A stretch of DNA of 47,052 nt from an uncultured Rhodoferax sp. (GCA_964654655.1 CAZZLB010000001.1:1-47052), one strand, 5' to 3'. Shown: positions 8,627-19,123, counted from the first letter of the stretch. Made by a program: numbers and translations. Notes: generated from the sequence alone by a model not told the origin.

Positions 8627-10926
8627 CTGAACCAGGACGACTGTCATACCAGACTCGCTGGAACTTGCTGGCGGTAGTGCTTGTTCTTGGATTTTCCATG
8701 CTGTTTGCGGCAACGTCGGCGGAGTCAAAGTCGCGGACCAAAGCAGACAAGACAAACGCCCTTGCAGAGGCAAGTGGCGAGCCTGGTGCTCAGAAAGGCC
8801 CCCCTCGGCACCGTGTTGTTTCCTTTACTTTCAAGCAGATGGGCGCGTGGTCAGCCATCAAATTGAGGGGGGTAGACGGTTCCCAGACGCTGTCGTTCCC
8901 GATTCGTGCAGATGAGGTAGTGGTCGCTGCGAAGCTGAGAATCGCCTACGACTATTCACCTGCCCTTATTCCCGAGTTGAGTCATTTGAAGGTGTCACTG
9001 AATGAGCGCTTTGCGACCGTGCTGCCTTTGCCCAAAGACAAGGGTGTCGGAAATACACGCGATATCGATATTGATCCACGCTGGTTTTTCGATGTTAATT
9101 ACCTTCGTTTCAAGCTCATCGGACACTACACGCGAGATTGCGAGGATCCATTTCATTCTTCCTTGTGGCTGACTTTAAGTGATTTGGGGCGTCTGGAACT
9201 CACCCTGGCGCCCTTGCCCACGGTGAACGAGTTGAAGAACTTGCCAGCGCCGTTTCTGGACAAACGCGACAACATGCCTTTGAGCTTGCCGTTCGTGTTT
9301 GCGAGCAGCCCTTCTCTTGGCGCACTGAAAGCAGCTGGCGTGCTTGCGTCATGGTTCGGTTTGCAGGCCGGCAGCCGGGGAGCGCAATTTCCGGTTCTGC
9401 TGAACAATCTGCCAGAAGGCAATGCCGTGGTGTTCGTGTCGGGAGGAAAGACGCTGGAGGGGATCAAGGGCACGAGTGCCGCCACCGTGTCGATACAGGC
9501 GCACCCGAACAACCCACAGGCAAAATTGCTGGTCATCAGTGGTGGCAACGACGAAGACCTGGCGCGCGCCGCACATGCAGTGGCGTTGTTTACGTCAACG
9601 CTTGCGGGCTCGGCTGTCACGGTCACCAAAGAAATTGCGACGGCTCCGCGCAAGCCCTATGACGCCCCGGCCTGGATTCCTACGGATCGACCAGTGCGCT
9701 TCGGTGAGTTGGCACGACCTGAGGAACTGCGCACTCAAGGCTACTTCCCTGAAGTGATCCGGCTGAATTACCGCGTTGCGCCGGATCTGTTTGCGTGGCG
9801 CACACCAGGCGTCCCTTTGAAGCTGAAGTACCGCGCCATTCGCTTGCCAGGTCACAAGAGCTCCAGTCTCAATGTCGGAATCAACTCCAATTTCATTCAA
9901 GCGCTGGCCATCAACGAACCTTACCCGAAGTCGAAGGAAGTCGATTACGTCAAAGACAAAGTCGCTGTGCGTGAAGAACTCCTCTTTATTCCGCCGTATG
10001 GCGTTGCGGGACGTGATCAACTTCAGTTCAGCTATTTCTTCGACTTCGTCAAGGAGGGGCAGTGTCGCAACATGCCGCCGGACAATTTGCAAGGCGCGAT
10101 TGACCCGGAGTCGCTCCTGGATTTCAGCGGTTTTCCCCATTACACCGCCTTGCCCAATCTGGCTTATTTTTCAAGCATCGGATATCCGTTTACACGCTTG
10201 GCAGACCTGTCGGAAACTGCTGTGGTCTTGCCTGACAGTCCCAATGCGGACGAGCTTGGCCTGTACTTGACACTGATGGGAAGAATGGGTGAAGCAACGG
10301 CCTATCCAGCCTTGCGACATGCGCTTGTGGCCACTTCCGACGTGGAGAAGATGGCGTCCAGAGACCTCATGGTGATTGGCTCCGCAAGAAGCCAGGCCCT
10401 GATGGCGAAATGGGCGGACCGTCTGCCAATGGTTCAAAGCAACGGTGACCGTTACGTGCGCGAAGCCGATACAGTCTGGCGCCCGGTCTACCGCTGGGAA
10501 CAACAGGACGTTCAGTCGCCGACGCAGCCCAAGGGTGGTCTGACACTGACAGGGATCGGAATCGGAAATCTGGCAGCCCTGATGGCTTTTGAGTCACCAC
10601 TGGAGGCAGGACGCAGCGTAGTGTTCTTGTACGCAGACAAGGCTGCCGACTTGAGAAAACTGTCGGATGTTCTGACCGATCCCGAACGAATTGCATCGGT
10701 TCAAGGCGATTTTGTGATCGTGGATGACAAGAGCGTCAGCCATACAAAAGTAAGCCACACTTACTACGTAGGTTCACTGCCATGGCTTAGCAAGGTCCGC
10801 TGGTTTCTTTCTGATCAACCCTATGTACTTGGGATACTCGCCAGCATCATTTGCCTGTTGATGGCTGCAATCGTTTACCGAAAACTGGGCCCTATCAACG
10901 CCAAGCGGCGCAAGACCACCGCGTGA
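8623..10926 (+). CDS. bcsB: Cellulose synthase periplasmic subunit BcsB
   Basis: Signal peptide, DEVVVAAKL..YDYSPAL, IGHYTRDCEDPFHSSLW, LPAPFLD, KPYDAPAW, LPNLAYF..IGYPFTRLADLSET, YYVGSLPW and a C-terminal TM. Start at ATG 8623. Confidence 0.95.
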   Translation: MTEPGRLSYQTRWNLLAVVLVLGFSMLFAATSAESKSRTKADKTNALAEASGEPGAQKGPPRHRVVSFTFKQMGAWSAIKLRGVDGSQTLSFPIRADEVVVAAKLRIAYDYSPALIPELSHLKVSLNERFATVLPLPKDKGVGNTRDIDIDPRWFFDVNYLRFKLIGHYTRDCEDPFHSSLWLTLSDLGRLELTLAPLPTVNELKNLPAPFLDKRDNMPLSLPFVFASSPSLGALKAAGVLASWFGLQAGSRGAQFPVLLNNLPEGNAVVFVSGGKTLEGIKGTSAATVSIQAHPNNPQAKLLVISGGNDEDLARAAHAVALFTSTLAGSAVTVTKEIATAPRKPYDAPAWIPTDRPVRFGELARPEELRTQGYFPEVIRLNYRVAPDLFAWRTPGVPLKLKYRAIRLPGHKSSSLNVGINSNFIQALAINEPYPKSKEVDYVKDKVAVREELLFIPPYGVAGRDQLQFSYFFDFVKEGQCRNMPPDNLQGAIDPESLLDFSGFPHYTALPNLAYFSSIGYPFTRLADLSETAVVLPDSPNADELGLYLTLMGRMGEATAYPALRHALVATSDVEKMASRDLMVIGSARSQALMAKWADRLPMVQSNGDRYVREADTVWRPVYRWEQQDVQSPTQPKGGLTLTGIGIGNLAALMAFESPLEAGRSVVFLYADKAADLRKLSDVLTDPERIASVQGDFVIVDDKSVSHTKVSHTYYVGSLPWLSKVRWFLSDQPYVLGILASIICLLMAAIVYRKLGPINAKRRKTTA

Positions 10927-10933
10927 TACTGCC

Positions 10934-11353
10934 ATGCACATTTCGCAAAAGTTGGGATATCTGACATTGACGATCGCTGCACTGGCGGCGCCAGCGCTGG
11001 CCAGTGACGATCTGGAAACCAGCCAAATGGTCGACCAGGCCCGCCTTTGGCAGCAGAAGCGGCGCGACGATCTCGCCGCAGAAATCTGGCGCAAGGTGTT
11101 GCGATTTGACCCCAAACACCCCGAGGCGCTGGCCAGACTTGGTGCGATGGAGCCAGTCCCCAACAAGTTGCCACCGCCGTCCGGCGCGCCAGCGGACATG
11201 GCGCCGAAGCAAAAGCCCCTGGCACAGGCTAAACTCCCGGCATCCGCGCCATCTCGGCCCAGAGCCGCCGGGCACAGCACGAAACCAACCAGTGATTCAA
11301 ATATGAATTTTTCCAGTTCACTGGAGCTAGCTCCTGCGAAACCCAAGCCCTGA
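10934..11353 (+). CDS. Small secreted TPR protein resembling only the N-terminus of BcsC, with a Pro/Ala-rich tail
   Basis: Signal peptide ending ALA, then MVDQARLWQQKRRDDLAAEIWRKVLRFDPKHPEAL, like the first TPR of BcsC. No barrel domain. Sits in the bcsZ/bcsC position. Confidence 0.7.
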   Translation: MHISQKLGYLTLTIAALAAPALASDDLETSQMVDQARLWQQKRRDDLAAEIWRKVLRFDPKHPEALARLGAMEPVPNKLPPPSGAPADMAPKQKPLAQAKLPASAPSRPRAAGHSTKPTSDSNMNFSSSLELAPAKPKP

Positions 11354-11371
11354 AGTCGTCGAAAACGATCT

Positions 11372-12121
11372 ATGCAAGTCATCGCTTTCATCTCGGGCAA
11401 AGGCGGAGTTGGCAAGACCACCCTGGCAGTCAACGTCGCCGTGGCTCTGGCGTTGCGCCACAAACGCGTGCTACTGATAGACCTTGATCCGCAGAATGCG
11501 CAGCGCCTCCACCTGGGCATGAATCCCGAAGAAATTGCCGGATTGACGCGGGAAGGTATTTCACATAGTTCGATTTTTGACAGCCCTTTTGGAATTCAGT
11601 TCATCCCTTTCGGCAGAATTACCGATACCGAACTGGAAGAATTTGAGGCCGAACTCAAGAAGTATCCAGGCTGGGTGTCTGATGGCATTGATTCGCTTAA
11701 TCCGGGTTCGTTTGACTTCGTCATACTTGACACACCGCCGGGTCCAACTGCCTACTTGCAGCAGGCGCTGGCAGCAGCGAATCGCGCGTTGGTCGTTGTA
11801 CTGGCCGACGCGGCCTCCTACGCGACCATTCCCAAGATGACATCACTGGTCGAGCAATACACCGCTGAGCGAACAGATTTTTTTGGGTTCAGCCTGCTGA
11901 TCAACCAAATGCCAGTGCATAACAAGTTGAGTCATCAGGTGCGCTCGTCACTGTACGCCAGCTATGCCAATCAGGTTGTTCCGGTGGCCGTGCACAAAGA
12001 TCCGCGTGTCTCACAGGCCCTGGGCTTTGAACGACCCGTGCTCCAGTATGAGCCTGGATGCCAGGCGAGTCTGGACATTCAGAGCGTGGCAGACTGGCTG
12101 CTCGACAGCATTGAACAATGA
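11372..12121 (+). CDS. bcsQ: BcsQ/YhjQ-family ATPase, copy 2 (WssJ-like position next to acetylation genes)
   Basis: SGKGGVGKTT, IDLDPQNAQRLHLG, LDTPPG, DAASYATIP. Confidence 0.88.
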   Translation: MQVIAFISGKGGVGKTTLAVNVAVALALRHKRVLLIDLDPQNAQRLHLGMNPEEIAGLTREGISHSSIFDSPFGIQFIPFGRITDTELEEFEAELKKYPGWVSDGIDSLNPGSFDFVILDTPPGPTAYLQQALAAANRALVVVLADAASYATIPKMTSLVEQYTAERTDFFGFSLLINQMPVHNKLSHQVRSSLYASYANQVVPVAVHKDPRVSQALGFERPVLQYEPGCQASLDIQSVADWLLDSIEQ

Positions 12122-12139
12122 GTTTGCAGTGTTTGAAAT

Positions 12140-13525
12140 ATGGTTTTTAGCTCAAACATCTTCCTCTTTGCATTTCTCCCGCTCTTTCTTGCCTGTTACT
12201 ACCTGACCCCCTTGCGCGCCCGATCGGCGCTGATTCTGATCTTCAGTTGGGCTTTTTATGCTTGGTGGCGCCCTGATTTTCTGGCATTGCTGGTCGGCGT
12301 CACCAGCGTCAGCTACGCTTTTGCGCTGGCCATTGGTTCGAGCAGCGAGCAAGCAAGCCGGCATCGCCTGCTGACCGCCGGTGTCACGCTCAATCTGCTC
12401 GCCCTGGGTTATTTCAAGTATGCCAACTTTGGGGTCGACAGTCTGAACGCGGCTTTGACTGCGCTGGGTTTCAATGCCATTGAATTCACGCGTGTGTTGT
12501 TGCCCATCGGCTTGTCCTTTTATATATTTCACGCCATCAGTTATCTGGTGGACATTTACCGCCGTGAGGCACCGCCGGCACGAAATTTCGTCGACTTCGC
12601 AGCCTTTATTGCACTCTTCCCGCATTTGGTGGCAGGGCCGGTACTGCGTTATCACCTGCTGGCCGAGCAATTCAGAAGCCGCAAGCACTCGCTGAGTAAC
12701 TTTTCCAGTGGCTGCGTTGTATTCATGGTGGGTTTTTGCAAAAAGGTCCTGATTGCCGACAGCGTTGCACCATTGGTGGAAGCAGCGTTCTCAGCGCCTG
12801 TACCCACGCTGGCCGATGCATGGCTTGGCGCCAGCGCCTACACGATTCAGCTGTTTTTCGACTTCAGCGGCTACACCGACATGGCTATTGGCCTGGCACT
12901 GATGATCGGATTTGTCTTCCCCGAGAATTTCAACGATCCTTACCTGTCGCGCTCCATAACGGAGTTCTGGAAGCGCTGGCACATGTCACTGTCAAACTGG
13001 TTGCGTGAATACCTCTATGTCTCGCTTGGTGGCAACCGCAAAGGCTTGGTACGCACCTACATCAATTTGTTCCTGACCATGCTGCTGGGCGGTCTGTGGC
13101 ACGGCGCAAACTGGACTTTTGTGCTCTGGGGCGCCTGGCACGGCGGTATTTTGATATTGGAGCGCTACTGGGAGCAGCGCCTGGGCAAACCCATGCTGCC
13201 TGGCTGGCTGCGCGTTATCAAGACCATGCTGCTGGTCATCTTTGGCTGGGTCCTTTTCAGGGCGTCCAATGTGGTTGGCGCTGTGCGCATGTTTGAGGGG
13301 ATGCTTGGACTGCATGGCACAGGATTCAGTCCGCCCGTGCAGTGGCAGGTGACTCCGGATCGGTTGATGGTCCTCGCGCTTGGTGTGCTGCTGGTCTACG
13401 CCATGCCCTGGCTCAAACGCCAGGGTGGCATGTACCTGCGTTACCTCCTGCTGCCTTTGTTCTTGTGGGCGGTAGCGACGCTGTCGGCGCAGTCTTTTAC
13501 GCCTTTTCTGTATTTTCAGTTCTGA
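12140..13525 (+). CDS. algI: MBOAT O-acetyltransferase, AlgI/WssH family
   Basis: MVFSSNIFLFAFLP, LPIGLSFY, FPHLVAGP, FDFSGYTDMAIG, FWKRWHMSLS, GGLWHGANW and C-terminal PFLYFQF. Confidence 0.95.
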   Translation: MVFSSNIFLFAFLPLFLACYYLTPLRARSALILIFSWAFYAWWRPDFLALLVGVTSVSYAFALAIGSSSEQASRHRLLTAGVTLNLLALGYFKYANFGVDSLNAALTALGFNAIEFTRVLLPIGLSFYIFHAISYLVDIYRREAPPARNFVDFAAFIALFPHLVAGPVLRYHLLAEQFRSRKHSLSNFSSGCVVFMVGFCKKVLIADSVAPLVEAAFSAPVPTLADAWLGASAYTIQLFFDFSGYTDMAIGLALMIGFVFPENFNDPYLSRSITEFWKRWHMSLSNWLREYLYVSLGGNRKGLVRTYINLFLTMLLGGLWHGANWTFVLWGAWHGGILILERYWEQRLGKPMLPGWLRVIKTMLLVIFGWVLFRASNVVGAVRMFEGMLGLHGTGFSPPVQWQVTPDRLMVLALGVLLVYAMPWLKRQGGMYLRYLLLPLFLWAVATLSAQSFTPFLYFQF

Positions 13526-13532
13526 GTTCCCG

Positions 13533-14672
13533 ATGCCCAACAACGCCCCAACCGTCGATCATCCGGCAACGCGGTCCCGCTACAGCGTCCTGGCGGCACT
13601 GACACTCTCGAGCGTGATGCTGGCGGGCACCTGGCAAATCATTGCGGCCGCCATCTTGCCGGCCGGACTGGATTTTCCGCGTAGTTGGCTGGACTTCCGT
13701 GAAGGCCGCAGTACTGGCGCGCTTGAAAAACAGCTTGACCAGCGGCTACCCGCGCGCAGCGCCCTTGTTGACGCGGCCAACAGCCTGCGGTACCTGCTTA
13801 CCGGCAGCGGCGGGGAACAGGTCCGCCCGGGCAAGGACGGGTGGCTGTTCCTGACGGAAGAGTTCCGCTATGACGCTGACGGCCGTGCCAATCTGAAAGT
13901 TCGTGCGGAACTGCTTGGCGCTGCCGCCCGCAGTCTGCAACGCCAGGGGGTCAAGCTGATCGTGGCCGTGGTGCCTGACAAAGCGCGGGTATATTCAAAC
14001 AAATTGTCCAGCACGCGTTACCCGGAATACAACCGTTCGCGTTATGCCGATGCCGTGAATGCCTTTGAACAGCAAGGCGTCACCACGGTCAACCTGTTGC
14101 AGCCTCTGGTCCGCGCGGCAGCTCAGGGCGAAGTCTATTACCGCACCGACACCCACTGGAACCAGAACGGTGCCGAAGTGGCGGCACAAGCGGTTGCAGC
14201 GGCCATCAAACAGCTGGGCTTGGTGCTCGAAGAGACCAGTTTTAGCAGCCGCAAAGGCAGCCCCGTGGAACGCCCGGGTGATCTGATCCGGCTGATGGGC
14301 CTCGGCGAGAACTTCAGGATGCTCGGCCTGCTGCCGGACACAGAAGCGCCCGTCGTGACCGAACAAAGCAGTGCCCAGAGCGCGGGGCTGTTTGGTGACA
14401 GCGCAGTGCCAGTCGTCGTAACGGGCACTTCCTATTCCTTGCGTGCCAACTTTGTCGGCTATCTGCAACAGGCCGTCTCGAGCAAGGTACTCAACGCAGC
14501 GAAGGATGGGGGTGGCTTTCTGCAAGCAACAACGTCCTATCTGAAGGACGATGCGTTTCGCTCCAGCAAACCAAAGGTATTGGTGTGGGAAGTACCTGAG
14601 CGATTTCTCTGGCAAGCGCTCGATGATGAAAAGAAGTGGTTTGACACGCTCAACTGGAAGGCCGATCAATGA
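13533..14672 (+). CDS. algJ: AlgJ/WssI-type periplasmic O-acetyltransferase (SGNH-like)
   Basis: N-terminal TM, GKDGWLFL, VVPDKARVY, YYRTDTHWN (D-x-H), GTSYS (catalytic Ser), VLVWEVPER. Confidence 0.88.
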   Translation: MPNNAPTVDHPATRSRYSVLAALTLSSVMLAGTWQIIAAAILPAGLDFPRSWLDFREGRSTGALEKQLDQRLPARSALVDAANSLRYLLTGSGGEQVRPGKDGWLFLTEEFRYDADGRANLKVRAELLGAAARSLQRQGVKLIVAVVPDKARVYSNKLSSTRYPEYNRSRYADAVNAFEQQGVTTVNLLQPLVRAAAQGEVYYRTDTHWNQNGAEVAAQAVAAAIKQLGLVLEETSFSSRKGSPVERPGDLIRLMGLGENFRMLGLLPDTEAPVVTEQSSAQSAGLFGDSAVPVVVTGTSYSLRANFVGYLQQAVSSKVLNAAKDGGGFLQATTSYLKDDAFRSSKPKVLVWEVPERFLWQALDDEKKWFDTLNWKADQ

Positions 14673-15466
14673 TCATGGTCCCTTCACTGTCACCGGAGCA
14701 ACTACAGGGCTTTCAGCGGGTTGTTGCCCGTTCGATAGAAACACGCAGCCATTTTGAGGTGTTCGCCTGGTTGCAGGGAGAAATGCAACAATATCTGCGG
14801 CACGACATCATGATCGCGAGCTGGGGCGATTTTTCCAGCGGGTTGATCCAGTACGACATCATTTCAGCGCTCGACGGCGTGCGTTCCTTGAGTGCCAATT
14901 TGCAAGTCATCCACCCACTGCTTCTGGGGCTCTTCCAACGCTGGATTGAGGCCGGCGGCAAGCCCATTTCCATGACCGCTGGAGTGGACGGTTTTCAGAT
15001 CGCAGCAAACGAGCAGCCAAACGCCCTGTGTGATGCGATGCGATCAATGCACTATGCGATGGCCCATGGCATCAGCGACAAGAGGGACAGCTACGACTGT
15101 TTGTACGTCACCTTGCGTATCGAGGAGTGTTTCAACGAGGCCGAGCATGAAGCGATGGCTATCGCCTTGCCCTATATAGACATAGCGTTGCGACAGGTTG
15201 ACCTGTTGCCGCATCAGATTCAAGCGCATGCTGTCATCTCCACGCCACTTATCTATGACCTGCTGCAAGATCGCGGGCTTTCAGGGAGGGAAGTCGAGAT
15301 CCTACAATGGGTGGCCCTTGGAAAAACCAATCCGGAAATCGGGAAAATTCTGAAGATAAGTGAATTCACGGTAAAGAACCACATGCAGCGCATCTTCAAG
15401 AAAATGGATGTCAGTAACCGCGCCCAGGCGGTTGGCAGATTCAAGGCGATGGTCAGCAATGGCTAA
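14669..15466 (+). CDS. epsA: LuxR-family transcriptional regulator EpsA (exosortase-B/EPS associated)
   Basis: HFEVFAWLQGEMQQYLRHDIMIASWGDF N-domain and C-terminal HTH LSGREVEILQWVALGKTNPEIGKILKISEFTVKNH. Heads the eps cluster. Confidence 0.9.
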   Translation: MIMVPSLSPEQLQGFQRVVARSIETRSHFEVFAWLQGEMQQYLRHDIMIASWGDFSSGLIQYDIISALDGVRSLSANLQVIHPLLLGLFQRWIEAGGKPISMTAGVDGFQIAANEQPNALCDAMRSMHYAMAHGISDKRDSYDCLYVTLRIEECFNEAEHEAMAIALPYIDIALRQVDLLPHQIQAHAVISTPLIYDLLQDRGLSGREVEILQWVALGKTNPEIGKILKISEFTVKNHMQRIFKKMDVSNRAQAVGRFKAMVSNG

Positions 15467-16880
15467 TGCACCGGCTGGCGACTCGGCCGCTTCTTTCAGT
15501 AATCGCTCCCAACCTGCTTCTCTGGGTCAAGACAACCTGCTGAGTGTTTTTGAGTTGGCCGTTGGCCCCAGCGCATTGGTCTTTTCCTTATGGGGATTGG
15601 CCTACTATTTTGAGGGCCAGGTTCACGCCTCCTACATTATCCTGGGGGCACTGATGTTTGCACTGACGTTTCCGGGTCAAGTCAGGCTGCAATCTTCGAT
15701 CCCTTCGGTTTGCATCAGCATCGCTGTAACGTGGGCCTGGGTTGCCGGTTTGTTGCTGTTTATTGGTATTGCCTCCGGCTACATTCACGAATTTTCCAAG
15801 ACGATCTTGTACGCGTGGTTGTGGGTCGCGCCGCTTAGCAAGTTGTGCGCCTGTCTGGCGCTTCGCGCGGCGGCACCAATGCTGCTCAGACTGCAGGGTC
15901 CGCGGCAGCGCGCCATCATTGTTGGCATGAACGAACAGGGGATGGCGCTGGCATCCAGGATGCGTCAGGCTCGCTATACCAGGACCGAACTTGTTGGTTT
16001 TGTCGATGACCGCCAGTCAGCGCGCCTGCCCAGCACAACTGGCTACCCCCTGCTGGGTACGCAGGCTCAACTGCTTGGCGTGGTCCAGAGTGAACGCATC
16101 CAGATCATTTACCTGTCTCTGCCAATGGCGTCGCAACCGCGCATCCTGCAAATTCTGGATGAACTCAAGGACTCAACGACGTCGATTTATTTTGTGCCTG
16201 ACATGTTTGTAACCGACCTGATCCAGGCGCATCCGGACTCAGTTTGTGGCATGCCTGTTATCTCTGTTTGCGATACACCTTTCAATGGCTCGGACGGCGC
16301 CATCAAACGCCTCAGCGACCTTGTATTGGCCACGCTGATCCTCGTTCTGATTACGCCGTTGCTGATTGTGATCGCTGCAGCGGTGAAGCTGGACTCGCCT
16401 GGACCGGTGATCTTCAGGCAGCGCCGCTGCGGTCTGGACGGCAACGAAATCGTGGTTTATAAGTTTCGCTCGATGACTGTCACAGAAGATGGCAACAACA
16501 TTGCCCAGGCAACTCAAAATGACGCCCGCATCACCCCGCTGGGCGCCTTGTTGAGGCGTACCTCGTGCGATGAATTGCCCCAGTTCATCAACGTACTGCA
16601 GGGTCGCATGAGTATCGTCGGTCCGCGGCCACATGCCATAGCCCATAACGAGCTTTATCGCAAACTGATCAAGGGCTATATGGTCCGGCACAAGGTAAAG
16701 CCTGGCATCACTGGCTGGGCTCAGGTCAATGGATTCAGGGGCGAGACCAAGACACTCGACAAGATGCAAAGCCGTATCGACTTCGATCTTGACTACCTTC
16801 GAAACTGGTCAGTTCGCTTGGACCTCTACATTATTTTCAAGACCATCGGTTTGATCATCAAAGACCAAAAGGCGTATTGA
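15459..16880 (+). CDS. epsB: Undecaprenyl-phosphate glucose phosphotransferase (WcaJ/EpsB, priming GT)
   Basis: N-terminal TMs, CoA-binding-like domain, IKRLSD, DSPGPVIFRQ, YKFRSM, DELPQFINVLQGRMSIVGPRP, KPGITGWAQVNG, DLDYLRNWS. Confidence 0.93.
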   Translation: MANAPAGDSAASFSNRSQPASLGQDNLLSVFELAVGPSALVFSLWGLAYYFEGQVHASYIILGALMFALTFPGQVRLQSSIPSVCISIAVTWAWVAGLLLFIGIASGYIHEFSKTILYAWLWVAPLSKLCACLALRAAAPMLLRLQGPRQRAIIVGMNEQGMALASRMRQARYTRTELVGFVDDRQSARLPSTTGYPLLGTQAQLLGVVQSERIQIIYLSLPMASQPRILQILDELKDSTTSIYFVPDMFVTDLIQAHPDSVCGMPVISVCDTPFNGSDGAIKRLSDLVLATLILVLITPLLIVIAAAVKLDSPGPVIFRQRRCGLDGNEIVVYKFRSMTVTEDGNNIAQATQNDARITPLGALLRRTSCDELPQFINVLQGRMSIVGPRPHAIAHNELYRKLIKGYMVRHKVKPGITGWAQVNGFRGETKTLDKMQSRIDFDLDYLRNWSVRLDLYIIFKTIGLIIKDQKAY

Positions 16881-18088
16881 TGATGTGGCTGTCGTGCCGC
16901 TCGCTGGTTGTGGCGTTGGTGCTGACATTCACGCCTTTGGCTGTTCTTGCACAAGCCGAAGAAGCGTTGCGACTCAAGGTGGAATCCGCGCTGCGCTTTG
17001 ACAGCAACCTGTTTCGCCTTCCGGCCGTGGCCAACCTGGATACCTTGATAGGTCGATCAAGCGCAGCAGAAATCATTGACTCAAAATCCCTCAGTCTCAA
17101 TTTCAGCACAACGCTGAGCCTGCAGAAGTTTGAATTGGCCGTCAATATTGGTCAAAACCGTTACCGCAACTTCAGCTACCTGAGCTACTCCGCCCACAAT
17201 TACAACCTTGCCTGGCATTGGGCACTGACGCCTCTGCTGCATGGAACCCTTGGCAGCCAGAGGCAGGAAACAATCAACAATTTCGCTGATTACCAGGGCA
17301 TAGGCCTGCAGAATCTGCGCAGCAACAGCAACCATCGCCTGGACCTGGTCTATGCTTTGGATGGCCTATGGAGTGTGGCCGCCGGCCTGTCCCAATCGAC
17401 GCAAGCCAATCAGCACACACTGACTGCAGAGGGAGACTATCAGGAACGGGCCGCCCTATTGGGGTTGCGATACAGCCCCGGCTCCGGTAGCAGCGTCGCG
17501 TATACCCTTAGAAATTCCAATGGCACCTACCTTAACCGCGTCGCGTCGCCGTCGGAGTTCTATGACACTGGCTTTCAACAGTTGGACAGCGAGTTAAGGT
17601 TGCGCTGGATAAGCAGCGGCAAGAGTACTGCGGAGATCTACACGAGTCAGATCAGTCGTTCGCATCCAAACTACTCACAACGCGACTACAACGGCCGCAA
17701 CGCTGGCGTCAACTTCAATTGGAGCCTGAGCGGAAAATCAGCACTGGCAGCGAACTGGGCGCGCGACATCAGCAGTTACCAGACCAGCATTTCCAACTAC
17801 AGTCAGGCTGACCGGTTTTCGGTGGGCCCCGTTTGGCAAGTCAGTCCAAGGGCTGTATTGCGAGCGCGTTATGAAGTGACGCAAATCGACTACCTTGGCG
17901 CGCCGTTCGGCACGCCTGCGGTGACACGCAGCGAAACCAATAGTTGGACCAGCCTGTCTTTTGACTGGCAACCCTATCATTACCTTACCATCAGCACTTC
18001 AATAGAAAATGCCAGCCGCAGATCGAGCTTGGCAGGTTTTGACTATGAGAGCAAAATGACCACTGTTTCGGCCCAATTCAGTTACTGA
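16877..18088 (+). CDS. epsL: Outer-membrane beta-barrel EpsL (exosortase-B EPS system)
   Basis: Signal peptide, DSNLFRL motif, alternating beta-strand pattern and C-terminal aromatic (AQFSY). Position in the eps cluster. Confidence 0.85.
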   Translation: MMMWLSCRSLVVALVLTFTPLAVLAQAEEALRLKVESALRFDSNLFRLPAVANLDTLIGRSSAAEIIDSKSLSLNFSTTLSLQKFELAVNIGQNRYRNFSYLSYSAHNYNLAWHWALTPLLHGTLGSQRQETINNFADYQGIGLQNLRSNSNHRLDLVYALDGLWSVAAGLSQSTQANQHTLTAEGDYQERAALLGLRYSPGSGSSVAYTLRNSNGTYLNRVASPSEFYDTGFQQLDSELRLRWISSGKSTAEIYTSQISRSHPNYSQRDYNGRNAGVNFNWSLSGKSALAANWARDISSYQTSISNYSQADRFSVGPVWQVSPRAVLRARYEVTQIDYLGAPFGTPAVTRSETNSWTSLSFDWQPYHYLTISTSIENASRRSSLAGFDYESKMTTVSAQFSY

Positions 18089-18100
18089 TTTTCTAGCCCC

Positions 18101-19066
18101 ATGCGAACTACTCCAATTTTTCGGTTCCGATCCTTTTCGACACTTGCCATTCTGGTGACGGTATTGACCATCAACCTGTCTGGCTGCGGCAGCAAAGACG
18201 AAAAAAATGCTGCAACCCAGGTAGCAGCCAAGGTTGGTTCTGAAGAAATTTCGGTGCATCAAATCAACCAGGTGCTCAGCCGTACCAATACAGCAGGTTT
18301 CTCCGCCGCCGCAGCGCAGTCCATGTCCCGCGATGTACTTGAGAAACTGATTGACCAACAGCTCGCCGTCGAACAGGCGACGGAAGACCGGTTGCATCGC
18401 TCGCCTGATGTGGTTTCCCAGATTGAAGCTGCTCGACGCGATATTCTGGCGCGGGCCTACATGCAAAAAATAGCTGCTACTGTGCCCAAACCAACCGCCG
18501 AAGAGGTGAAAAAGTATTATGCGGGACATCCAGCATTGTTCTCGGAACGCCGCATTTTCAATGTACAGGAAATAGTGATGGCAGCGACCCCGGGTCTGGC
18601 AGACCAGCTGCGCACGCTGCTGGCAACTGGCAAGCCGATCGTGGAAGTAGCCAATTGGCTGAAAGGCAAAGGCATCAAGTTTGACGGCGGCAGCGCGACG
18701 CGCGCTGCAGAGCAAATTCCGCTTGAGCGCTTAACTCAAATCCACGCGCTCCGAGATGGTCAGAGTATCGTTCTGGAATCGCCGCAGACCATAACCGTGG
18801 TGCGGTTGGCCTCATCGCAATCGTCGCCCGTAGCCGAGGCTGCGGCCAGCGCGCGCATCGAACAATTCCTGAGTAACCAGCGCGCCAGCGAAGCTGTGGG
18901 TGCAAAGATCAAGGAGTTGCGCACTGCCACCAAGATCACTTACATGGGTGAGTTTTCCAAGCCTCTAGCCAGCGCCCCTGTCGCTCCAGCTGCCATTACT
19001 GCGCCGGTGGCACCCGCTGCCGACACCACGACTGCCATCGAAAAAGGCGTGGCCGGTCTGAAATAG
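18101..19066 (+). CDS. epsD: EpsD-family peptidyl-prolyl isomerase-like lipoprotein
   Basis: Lipobox LSGC, ATQVAAKV..EEISVHQIN, LEKLIDQQL, HPALFSERRIF, AEQIPL and C-terminal EKGVAGLK. Confidence 0.88.
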   Translation: MRTTPIFRFRSFSTLAILVTVLTINLSGCGSKDEKNAATQVAAKVGSEEISVHQINQVLSRTNTAGFSAAAAQSMSRDVLEKLIDQQLAVEQATEDRLHRSPDVVSQIEAARRDILARAYMQKIAATVPKPTAEEVKKYYAGHPALFSERRIFNVQEIVMAATPGLADQLRTLLATGKPIVEVANWLKGKGIKFDGGSATRAAEQIPLERLTQIHALRDGQSIVLESPQTITVVRLASSQSSPVAEAAASARIEQFLSNQRASEAVGAKIKELRTATKITYMGEFSKPLASAPVAPAAITAPVAPAADTTTAIEKGVAGLK

Positions 19067-19123
19067 TGATGCCGCAAAGTTCCAGCCACCCACCCCAGCA
19101 TTGACGTCGAGCTGACACACACC

